DNA of 64,000 bases. Source: Schizochytrium sp. TIO01. Lineage: Eukaryota > Protista > Bigyra: Labyrinthulomycetes. Shown here piece after piece: positions 26,204 to 36,400 of the stretch. The notes below the pieces were generated by a model. That model made no database searches. It was not told the DNA's origin and saw only the letters and a list, made by a program, of their open reading frames with translations. The position numbers and the translations under genes are program-made. Numbering within the stretch: position 1 is the first letter of the stretch; the number at the start of each line of letters is the position of its first letter. The stretch is taken from positions 3,112,040 to 3,176,039 of the forward strand of contig SMSO01000035.1 in the NCBI GenBank assembly GCA_004764695.1, written 5' to 3'.

Positions 26204-27957
26204 TGTGAGTGGAGCTTCTGCGTCAACAGATACTTTATTTGGAGACCCCCCAACTCAGTGTCTACCTTCGAGCTTCTCGTTTGGACGTCTATCCGAGTCA
26301 TTCCACGCCCATTCTAGCACTACGGGCTTCTAATTTGGAGGTGCATTAGAGAGGGTCAACGACTCGCCTAGCATGGCTTTCTGATTTATAGGTGCATCCA
26401 AAATAGACGGTGTCCCATCTGGCCTTAAAGGCGGATCTCAGGCTAGCTCTTCAGGCGGTTCGTTATTGAGGAACATCATCTAGCTCTTCCGGTGACGGGT
26501 TATTTGGAGGAACATCAGTGAGGGTCAGCGCCTCGCCTAGCAATACGGGCTTCTCATTCGGAGGTGCATCCAAGAAAGACGGTGTTCCATCTGGCCTTCC
26601 AGCCGGATCTCAGACAAGCTCTTCTGGCGGTTCGTTATTTGGAGGAACACCATCTAGCGCTTCCAGTGGCGGGTTATTTGGAGAAACATCATCTAGCTCT
26701 TCCGGTGGCGGGTTATTTGGAGGAACATCATCTAGCTCTTCAGGCGGTTCGTTATTTGGAGGAACACCATCTAGCGCTTCCAGTGGCGGATTATTTGGAG
26801 GAACATCATCTAGCTCTTCCAGTGGCGGGTTATTTGGAGGAACATCATCTAGCTCTTCCGGTGGCGGGTTATTTGGAGGAACATCATCTAGCTCTTCAGG
26901 CGGTTCGTTATTTGGAGGAACACCATCTAGCGCTTCCAGTGGCGGATTATTTGGAGGAACATCATCTAGCGCTTCCAGTGGCGGATTATTTGGAGGAACA
27001 CCATCTAGCTCTTCCAGTGGCGGGTTATTTGGAGGAACATCATCTAGCTCTTCCGGTGGCGGGTTATTTGGAGGAACATCATCTAGCTCTTCAGGCGGTT
27101 TGTTATTTGGAGGAACACCATCTAGCGCTTCCAGTGGCGGATTATTTGGAGGAACATCATCTAGCTCTTCCAGTGGCGGGTTATTTGGAGGAACATCATC
27201 TAGCTCTTCCGGTGGCGGGTTATTTGGAGGAACATCATCTAGCTCTTCAGGCGGTTCGTTATTTGGAGGAACACCATCTGGCCCGCCAGGTTCCATCTTT
27301 GTGTTTGGAGAATGTCAACCTAACACTGCAGGTAACATATTCGGAGGAACCCCAGGTAACATCTTTGTGTTTGCAGGACATCCACCTAGCACTTCAGGTA
27401 GCTTATTCGGAGGGTCTCCACCAAGTACTCGAGGTAACATCTTTGTGTATGGAGGACCTCCACCTGGTACTTCAGGTGGCATGTTTGTAGGACCTTCCTT
27501 TCAGAATTCAGGCGGTTTATTTGAGAGATCCGGTTTTAGGAATGCCGTCTTAGAGCAGAGAATCACTCGTTTAGAGGGCCAAGTGACACTCTTGCAAAAT
27601 CAAATCGAAAGCCTTCGAAATTTTGCCGAAGAGCTTATTCCAGACAAAGCCAACGCTGGTATGTCCCGAGATCAAGAAAAGTCCTCAGCAGAGGAGGAGA
27701 GTAGTCCTATAACTTGTCCCGTCTGCCTCGATGAGAACCTGGCCCCAGAGATTTTATTGCTACAGCCTTGCCAGCACATCTTGTGTAATGCGTGTCATAA
27801 GAAGCTATTTGTTAAGGAATGTCCATTATGCCGAGGCCCTATTGAATCCACTCATGTACCTTCAATACTACTTCATACGGAACAAGATTATCAACATTAC
27901 AAGGAAAGCAGAACAAGGAGAGTGCCTTACAGAGATCGGAGAAGGAGAAGAGTCTAA
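26204..27957 (+). pseudogene. FG-repeat gene B: GLFG repeats + coiled coil + C3HC4 RING, with a decayed 5' end
   Basis: Open frame 26470-27957 encodes 17 LFG units, LEQRITRLEGQVTLLQNQIESL and CPVC..PCQH.LC..C..CPLCR. Upstream FG-coding sequence has TAA at 26331, TGA at 26382 and a 2-bp deletion at ~26466. First in-frame ATG is 27481. Confidence 0.7.
26620..27280 (+). repeat. 17 x 39-bp coding minisatellite (GGLFGGTSSSSSG)
   Basis: ttatttgg recurs every 39 bp from 26635 to 27259; a 4-unit higher-order pattern is visible. Confidence 0.93.
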
Positions 27958-29038
27958 AATTTGCTTGCTACAACACTATTTCTCGAATTACGGCTATTGC
28001 ATATTTACTTGGGTTGAGATCATCTTATTGTGTTTTTGGTCCTCTTATACCTCAGAACCATTCTAAGTGACTACACATTCCATGAAGCAGCAACCAATGT
28101 AGCAGCCTTTACAAGTGTCCAAGAAATAACGCAATACTTCAGGCCAAAATCGTTCATGAAGTGACAAGTTTGACCAGCCCATGAGATGAACAATATCAAA
28201 GCTTGAGCGGTAACTAAGCTCAACTCAAGTTTGAATCTAACTAACCACAAACCAAAGATAACCTCTGAATACCCTCTGTGATTAAATTGCTATGCTTCAG
28301 TATTGCCTTTCCAGAATGCAGCATGACCTGAAAATCGATCAGGCTTTCTTTGTATATAAAGGAAGCATTAATGTGGTGAACTCTACAGCAAAAATAGCGG
28401 TACCATGAATTTTTGAAACGCTGATCTTAATATGGGTAGGTTTGAATCAGATTTCGAAACTTAGTGGTATTATAGCTACTACAATGCTTTCTTGCAAGCC
28501 TATTATATACATAATGGTTCAGCAAACGTTCGAGAGACTATCTTTTAAACACCCTTTGATTATTACCAGCAAGCCGCTGGTGTTAAAAGTTAAATGAAGT
28601 GCTAAACCCCCTGGATACCGTTTAAAACCCGAACTTGAGACAGTCTAAAGCGCCCCGAGCTATTCTTTGTCAAAAAATGAGGACCTTTTGCAGTGCTATT
28701 CAGTTTATCGCGATTTACTGCTCATGTACGATTTGAAAAATTGTCTCAAATATAAAATCAGCAATGCTACTAAATATCCCCCCTGTTTCGCAGAAGTCCA
28801 AATGCTGGAGTCACCAAATCAAGGAATAAATAACTCATTATTTTAAGTCTTTGATCTGAGTTTATCTCGTATGAATTTTTGGCTCTCTCCAATAGGTACA
28901 GTTTGGAAGAATTGTCGCAATACAGTAAGTAAAAGCTGCCTCTTACTTGACCCTGGTGACCGGATGACGCAAGCTTCATGGGGCAGAGCGCCAGATTTGT
29001 AACATCATTATTAGTGCAACAATTCTTGATGTTGTCTT

Positions 29039-29175
29039 TTAGAAAACATGTTCACGAAGCTGATATGCTTGATGAGATGACAAAAGCTATGCTGCAAACG
29101 TAATTCGGCTGCTTTTCGGTTGATCTCGTCATGTCTACCCAAACTAATGGCCAACCTACCGGCCTCACCGTAGCA
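29039..29175 (+). repeat. 137-bp dispersed repeat, candidate donor copy
   Basis: Matches 49348-49484 with 4 mismatches counted by eye. Confidence 0.9.
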
Positions 29176-29650
29176 ATGAATGTTCGCGTTGCATTGTAAC
29201 AATGTCTTTAGATAGAAAGTCCATTCGAGGAAGAATAATTAGCTCATCATAAACAAACCAAACGCTCGATTGTCTGTTCTTTTTCCCTTGGCATGAAGTT
29301 TCGTGGTATGGTGTCACATTGTCCTGAGTGATTGAAATAGTGAAAGCGCGTATTAGAAAATTTAAATGCATGATATTCATGAAGCATTGTTCATTTTTAT
29401 TAATGGAAACTGAACTTAGTCAATTTCTATACACAACCGTTCCCTAGTGCTCAATGTTCTTCAAGTAACCATTGAGTAAGTCTATCTCTATTAGACCCTA
29501 GCCAACCCATCATTGGGCTCAAACTGTGTGTCTGTCTCTATTATCTTTATTACAACCAATTAAAATGTCAGCACAAGTGAGTTTCGCCAATCTATCCATT
29601 ACCTTACATCACACGTGGGCGCATTCTAGGATTACTCTGGTGTATTCTCA

Positions 29651-29671
29651 GAGCGCTCTCAGAAATTGATA
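29651..29671 (+). promoter_or_regulatory. Conserved upstream element of FG-repeat gene C
   Basis: gagcgctctcagaaattgata, about 580 bp upstream of ATG 30229. Confidence 0.5.
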
Positions 29672-30228
29672 CCATATTGGGCATAGAAAAGTCAATTTTG
29701 TGCCCACCTTAAATATCTTTTTCCTCCTGTTCATATGTTTTACATTAATTGAGAAACAATACGTGCAAGGAATTCTTTATTTCAGGATTAAGGTGTTATA
29801 CAGTAATAGGATATTCGTGAAGCAGTTTCGGAGGCACAAACACCCAAGCCCTGTAGCAGATCCACAGACAAGAAGGGTCTCGAACTGAAGGTTGCAGAAG
29901 CAGAGGGTTCAGCCTGAAGTATTAATCACAGTCTTTGTCTTTTAGGTAAAGAAATCGGCAGGGGAGGACATTATATATAGGAATTCATTTCAGCGTTAAA
30001 AAAGAAAATTTGGTGTGGGTCTGTCTGGCCAAGGGAGGCCGTAGGTGAAGCTTCAACTCGAGAGCTAAGGATATACAGTACCTGTAAACCTGTTTCAGAC
30101 TCACCTGGCTCGCCAGCGTGGTACCTCATACAATAAATTATAGGGGCAGTACTTTGATGCAATAGGCACTTGAACGTCTGTGCGCAGAGACAAGGTGGGA
30201 GCTTGACTAGTGGAATTAGGGCGATAAG

Positions 30229-33063
30229 ATGACAGCCTTAAATATTCATTCTTCTTTACAGAAACTCGTGACCAAACCAGGTTCATTTCCACGTCCACCG
30301 ACTCGAAGAGGTTTTAGACTTTGGCCTCTCCTTTTAAGTTTATTGCTTCTCAAGGCCTGCGCTCTGGGTGGTTGGTATTTCGGCACTGATTACATCTTTA
30401 TTGAAAAACGATTCTGGGTTTACTTCAACTTAATATGGGCAACTTTAGTATGTGCATATAAAATGGGTTTATTGCCCTCTGGGGAACCATTCCATGTTGT
30501 GACACGTACTGGCCGTACGCCTGCACTGTGCCTCGAGGTAGATATGGTTAGTGAACAAAATGAACCAAACATAACTTCAAGCTCGAGAAGGATATCGCTG
30601 CAGATTTGTGCTTCTTTACAGAAATTTGCAACTAGTCCAACTTCGTTTCCAGGTTCTCAACCTAGCTTTGTCGAACAATCCAATGTTGCAACATATAACG
30701 TTGGTCGCACGCCTGTTTCTTGTCTCGAGGATGAAAGTTCAACACATGCTACAGACGTTATTGGAGTACAGGATCAATCAAATAGAATTTCAAGCTCTAG
30801 AGGAATATCGCTGCAGATTTGTGCTTCTTTACAGAAATTTACCACTAGCCCAACTTCGTTTCCAGGTTCTCAACCTAGCTTTCTCGAACCATCCAATGTT
30901 GCAACATATAACACTGGTCGTACGCCTGCTCCTTATCTCGAGGATGAAGGTTCAACATATGTCATAGACGAATTTGGAGTACAGAACGAACCAAACATAA
31001 CTTCAAGCTCGAGAAGGATATCGTTTCAGATTTGGGCTTCTTTACAGAAATTCAAAACTACACCAACTTCATTTCCAGGTTCTCAACCTAACTTCGTCGC
31101 CCAACTCAATGTTGCAACATGTAACGTTGGTCGCACGCCTGTTTCTTGTCTCGAGGATGAAAGTTCAACACATGCCATAGAGGTTATTGGAGTACAGGAT
31201 CAGCCAAATAGAATTTCAAGCTCTAGAGGAATATCGCTGCAGATTTGTGCTTCTTTAGAGAAATTTACAACTAGCCCAACTTCGTTTCCAGGTTCTCAAC
31301 CTAGCTTTCTCGAACCATCCAATGTTGCAACATATAACACTAGTCGCACCCCTGCTCCTTGTCTTGAGGAGCGAAGTTCAACACACGGCATAGAAGTAAT
31401 TGGATTACAGAACGAACCAAACATAACTTCAAGCTCGAGAAGGATATTGCTCCAGATTTGTGCTTCTTTACAGAAATTTGCAACTAGTCCAACTTCGTTT
31501 CCAGGTTCTCAACCTAGCTTCGTCGACCAACTCAATGTTGCAACATATAACGTTGGTCGCACGCCTGCTTCTTGTCTCGAGGATGAAAGTTCAACACATG
31601 CCATAGAGGTTATTGGAGTACAGGATCAACCAAATAGAATTTCAGGCTCTAGAGGAATATCGCTGCAGATTTGTGCTTCTTTAGAGAAATTTACAACTAG
31701 CCCAACTTCGTTTCCACAGTCTCAACCTATTCCCAAGAAAGAGTCGATTGGTATATCAAGAACCTTCACAGGTAACCCGTCTTGTCAGTCTGGACCTGCG
31801 TTTACATTCATGTTTCAAACTGAGTCATTTACATCAACAGCTATATTCGTGACATCTGGCCCCTCATTTGCACCTTTGTCAGAGACTGGTGCATTAGGGG
31901 CTTCTGCTAAGCCGGTCACACCGCAATTTGAAGCCTCATCATTTCGATTTGGAGCCTCGTCAGAGACTGGCGCATCGGGGGCTTCTGCTAAGCCGGTCAC
32001 ACCGCAATTTGAAGCCTCGTCATTTCGATTTGGAGCCTCATCAGAGACTGGCGCATCGAGTGCTTCTGCTAAGCCGGGAACAACGCAATTTGAAGCCTCA
32101 TCATTTCGATTTGGAGCCTCATCAGAGACTGGCGCATCGGGGGCTTCTGCTAAGCCGGTCACACCGCAATTTGAAGCCTCGTCATTTCGATTTGGAGCCT
32201 CATCAGAGACTGGCGCATCGAGTGCTTCTGCTAAACCGGTCACACCGCAATTTGAAGCCTCATCATTTCGATTTGGAGCCTCAACTGAGACTGGCGCATC
32301 GGGTGCTTCTGCTAAGCCGGTAACACCAGAACCCGGAGCTTCATCCGAGACTGAAATAACTCCATCTGGTTTGTCTGGCTTCGCATTTGGATCCACGTCA
32401 TCTAGGAATGGAGGTTTAGAGAAGAGGATCATTCACCTAGAGAACCTAGCAGAGCACTTGCAAAAACAAATTGAAAGCCTTCGGGGTTTCGCGGGGCAGC
32501 TCATTCCAGATGATGCATCAACAACAGCTCAAGTTAGAGAGCCCGCATCTTTATCTAAGCGGTCAGCACCCTTGTTTGAACCTTTATTCGAGACTGATGC
32601 AGGTTCAACTGGAACATCTAGATTCACACATGGATCCAGGTCATCTAGAAATGATGAATTGGACCAGAGAATCATTTTCCTAGAGGACTTAGTAGTGCAA
32701 CTGCAAAAACAAATAGAGAGCCTTGAAAGTTTTGCGGGGCAGCTAATTCCAGACATTGATGGCGGCTGCTTACTTCAATGTCAAGATATTAAGCAATCCG
32801 CAGCAGAAAACTCCGATGAGCTTGTACTTTGTCCTGTTTGCCTTGAGGAGGACCCTGTGGTGGGCATTATATTGATACAGCCCTGCCAACACATATTATG
32901 TAATACGTGCCTTGAGAAGGAATTCACTCAAGGATGCCCGTTGTGCCGAGGCCCTATTGAATCCAAACATGTACCTTCAAGGCAGCTTCATACTGAACAA
33001 GAGTATCAGGACTACAAAAGGGATAGAAAATCAGCAGCGGAGTTAGAATATGATGGACGATAA
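30229..33063 (+). CDS. FG-repeat gene C (intact, 944 aa): N-terminal hydrophobic segments, 6 x 71-aa repeats, FRFG repeats, two coiled coils, C3HC4 RING; putative E3 ligase
   Basis: Uninterrupted ATG-initiated ORF. RING CPVCLEE..QPCQHILCNTC..CPLCRGPI; two LxxRIIxLE..LQKQIESL..FAGQLIPD modules. Confidence 0.85.
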   Translation: MTALNIHSSLQKLVTKPGSFPRPPTRRGFRLWPLLLSLLLLKACALGGWYFGTDYIFIEKRFWVYFNLIWATLVCAYKMGLLPSGEPFHVVTRTGRTPALCLEVDMVSEQNEPNITSSSRRISLQICASLQKFATSPTSFPGSQPSFVEQSNVATYNVGRTPVSCLEDESSTHATDVIGVQDQSNRISSSRGISLQICASLQKFTTSPTSFPGSQPSFLEPSNVATYNTGRTPAPYLEDEGSTYVIDEFGVQNEPNITSSSRRISFQIWASLQKFKTTPTSFPGSQPNFVAQLNVATCNVGRTPVSCLEDESSTHAIEVIGVQDQPNRISSSRGISLQICASLEKFTTSPTSFPGSQPSFLEPSNVATYNTSRTPAPCLEERSSTHGIEVIGLQNEPNITSSSRRILLQICASLQKFATSPTSFPGSQPSFVDQLNVATYNVGRTPASCLEDESSTHAIEVIGVQDQPNRISGSRGISLQICASLEKFTTSPTSFPQSQPIPKKESIGISRTFTGNPSCQSGPAFTFMFQTESFTSTAIFVTSGPSFAPLSETGALGASAKPVTPQFEASSFRFGASSETGASGASAKPVTPQFEASSFRFGASSETGASSASAKPGTTQFEASSFRFGASSETGASGASAKPVTPQFEASSFRFGASSETGASSASAKPVTPQFEASSFRFGASTETGASGASAKPVTPEPGASSETEITPSGLSGFAFGSTSSRNGGLEKRIIHLENLAEHLQKQIESLRGFAGQLIPDDASTTAQVREPASLSKRSAPLFEPLFETDAGSTGTSRFTHGSRSSRNDELDQRIIFLEDLVVQLQKQIESLESFAGQLIPDIDGGCLLQCQDIKQSAAENSDELVLCPVCLEEDPVVGIILIQPCQHILCNTCLEKEFTQGCPLCRGPIESKHVPSRQLHTEQEYQDYKRDRKSAAELEYDGR
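30553..31728 (+). repeat. 6 x 213-bp coding repeat, alternating A/B types (426-bp dimer x 3)
   Basis: cagattt anchor at 30601, 30814, 31027, 31240, 31453 and 31666. Confidence 0.92.
31879..32325 (+). repeat. About 5.5 x 81-bp coding repeat (SETGASGASAKPVTPQFEASSFRFGAS)
   Basis: tcagagactgg anchor at 31879, 31960, 32041 and onward. Confidence 0.92.
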
Positions 33064-33411
33064 TAAGAATTTATTTGATTTTACTGTTGCCTCACAAAAT
33101 AACTATTTAGTTGATTTACTCGATTCGGAGCCAGCTCGTTGTTTGTTTTCCCAGTTTCATCTTTCACGAAGTCGGCACTAACAAAGTATTTGAATAAACT
33201 ATTTCTATATATTCTAAACCCTGGAGAAGTAACTTCGCTGCAGCTGGTTTCGACAATTTTATGTTTTACCATGGTAGTTGAAGCTCAAACTTTGGTAGCT
33301 ATTGAAGATGATATATCAAAAAATCTGAGAGCTATACTAATTTGTCGTACTCAAACATGCCAATAAGTTTTGACACGTTTCATTAATTGCAAACAACCTT
33401 GCACTGAGATA

Positions 33412-36400
33412 CTACTTGGGTTCTGCATCACTAGGGAGAGTATCGGAGTGCCGAACTCGGGACGGCTTGGAGAAACGGGATTCATTTTCTGTTATCAAAT
33501 TAGGACTTCGCGTAGAGTCAACCATTGACCTACATAGATCCGTACTTTCTTTGGTATCTTCTTTTCTTGAGTCTCGGGTGCCAAGAATTTCGGCGTGTGC
33601 AACCAAAGACGCTTGATCCAAATCACTCTCGGACTTTATACGATGGTGATACCTTTTTAAATACAAAGCAACACCAATGCCTGCGACACAAAAAGCTCCG
33701 GCTGCTTGAGCTGCATGAATTATCGCAGATGTAGCCTTCCCCCCCCCTTCTGCGCTCGAAGAACCATTACTTGTATTTGACATGGCATTCGGTGTCTCTT
33801 CTTCGCCATCGGGCGATGCAGTGTGATAAAATGTGGATGGAATAGTGTAACCGCCAATAGGAAGTAGCTGGTCCCGAGCTGAATTCACCATCTGAGCATG
33901 CTCCTTGGCAGTTGGTAAATTCCATGTTATTCCTTTGCTTCCATCATAATCAACTAAAACTGGTGCAATCATCTCCAAACCAATGTTATCGCTCTGTAGG
34001 CTCCGCGTGTTTTCAACAAGAATTGTATTTGCCAAATTACCTATTAGGTCCATAACCCCTGACATCACAATCCTTACTTTTGTATAGTTCCAAAGTGTAG
34101 CCTCATTAGCACTTTGAAGCGGCAAATGCACCGTCATTGTTGTAAGCAATGGCGTACAGGTAGTGATGGCTTGTAGCGACACACCTCGTTCTTCATCAGT
34201 AATAAAAGCCTCTAAATTTGTTGAGCTACAATCGATCTGTTCATCAAACTCGAATGATGCAATTGGGACCGTGCTAACAGCCCTTTTAACATTATATACC
34301 GGTGTCCATGTTGTTACAGACGGTCCTGTATAGTCCACAAGCCCAAGACGCTGCCCTGATCGTGTTGAACCTTGGACATACCCGTTCTTACTTCTACATT
34401 CAAGGCGTAACTCAAGCAAGTATTTCTCACTATCAATAAAACCTGATTCTTTGCCCGTTAATATTGCCTTATGACTGTCTGTATCGAGCTCTGAAACTTG
34501 AAACCAGTCCTCCATGATTAGTCCATTCTTGTACCTTGCTGCCCATACTGATGCTAGAGTACGAGTTGAAGAACTAGCGGTTCCAGATATCCCAATCACC
34601 TCGAGACTGGGTGTACCTGTAGATAGGTGCCAAGTCGATGTTGGGTCTGCTAACCCTCCCTGCCATTCTATTGATGGACATTGTGCCGCCCAACGAAGTC
34701 TGAATGGAATAGATTTGGCTATGTTCTTGTCACAAGCTGAGGCAACTGTGACGCTCACGGTAGAGGATTGCACCCGACTGTCCAGTCTTTCAAAGAAAAC
34801 GACAACCAAGTGTCTCGTACGACCTTGTACGGTCAACTCAAAGTCTTGATTGGACGTTGCTGACCCAATCCGGTAGGCGATACGCCCCGTAGTACTTGCT
34901 GCATCAACCGAAATAATCACGTTGAGTTCGTCGTCGCTTATAGGCTGCGAAGTGGTGTCGATAAAAAACGAAAACGATCCTTCATCTGTGTCCTTTGACA
35001 GCTCCTCTGCAGGTAGTTCGTCCACAGAGAGGGTGAAAGTCTCCCGTGCATCAGTCCCTACTATGTGTGGGCATCGTGTAATCCCCCCACATACAGAATA
35101 TATGTGAGACCCGGAATGCGGGGACTGAAAAATATCGAGACACACTTTATTCAAAACGTCATTGTTGATTAAGTAGGTAGTCCGAGTCACTTCAGCTTTT
35201 TTGTATTCATTGTCGCGATTTTCCGTTTTGTGCGTCTTCACTGTCGTCCATTTTGCTTTTGCTCCTGCTTGCAGAGTGCTACTCGCACTCACTTTCGCAC
35301 CCCATATAGAAAATGATGCAGATAACGTTGCCGAAATGGAAGCTCCAAATTCGTTGCTGTATTCACGGGTGTCATAGACAGAAGTAAAGTCCACAAGTTC
35401 CTTACTTTCGTAGCTACTTGTTTCCCCAAATTCTATTGCTCCACCTCCTAAGAACCAGTCGATTTGGGGAATTTCCATCAAATGGCGCATCTATCCCCAT
35501 GCCCATTAGGTCTAAGGGATAATTTCGTGCGGTTAAGAAATCATTATCCCAATGTTTTAAGAGGTTCAGCCATTTAAGGCGCCCAACTTGAGCTTGTGCC
35601 AAGAATTCTTGAGCATCGGACGACCCTTTGTGAAGTTCAATACTTTCCTCAATATCTTTCAAGTCCTTTTCACAATTTGCTCGGGAGTAGTAAACTAAAG
35701 AAGAAACAGCTTCTCCCCATAGAAGCGACGGTTCAGATCTTATTGTACAAGTGGAGGAGTCATACGTGAGGGTAATTGATTCAGTGAGATTTGCTGTGCT
35801 GCCCAAAAAGAGAACCATATCTCCAACTTCGCTTGTAGTCCTCAACTCAAAAGTTGTCTCGCGCAGTACTATAGAAGAAGTATCCTCCAAAGATTCAAGA
35901 GAGCTGCTGATTTGGGTGTCATCATGATTATATTCTATTGAGCTACCAATCCCAATATTGACGTTAACGAAAGGGAGCTTTGTACTTAATAACGCTGATA
36001 ATGATGTTTTCGATTGTATGGTTCGCGATTTACTGTTTTCCACTTCAAAATGCATTGTAGACTCCACGGAAAATGAACCTTTGAAACTTGCCCTTGCTGA
36101 AGGTGGTTCATCGGCTGTAGTTGACGTTACAGGCGGCGCATATAGGTAGTAAAGAGGAATGGCATCCTCACTCGGAAAAGAAACCACATCATCTGCGCGG
36201 AGTACTTTGCTTCCAATAACCAGCATCCTCATTTGTAATTGAAGACTTTCACTCATCGATGAAGCCCAATAGGCTTCATTAATGAGTTCCATGTTTACCA
36301 CACGAACAAAGTACGATAAATTTGAATGGAAATCACTATTGCTGCTTATTGGATTTTGCGGTTCGCTACTCACAACAGTTGGCCGAAAAACGGATTGATT

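Noticed and set aside
26620-27280. CRISPR-like appearance of the regular repeats
   Set aside because: Head-to-tail coding units with no unique spacers, no cas genes and a eukaryotic context.
26564-27490. Alternative-frame (YLEEHHLALPVAG)n ORF and antisense (PPNNPPEELDDV)n ORF
   Set aside because: Shadow ORFs of a stop-free 39-bp repeat; only the GLFG frame continues into the coiled coil and RING.
22356-27957. Calling genes A and B bona fide Nsp1, Nup1 or Nup98 orthologues
   Set aside because: No GLEBS, autoproteolytic or Nsp1-C domain is recognisable; B ends in a RING, and both belong to a local paralog family.
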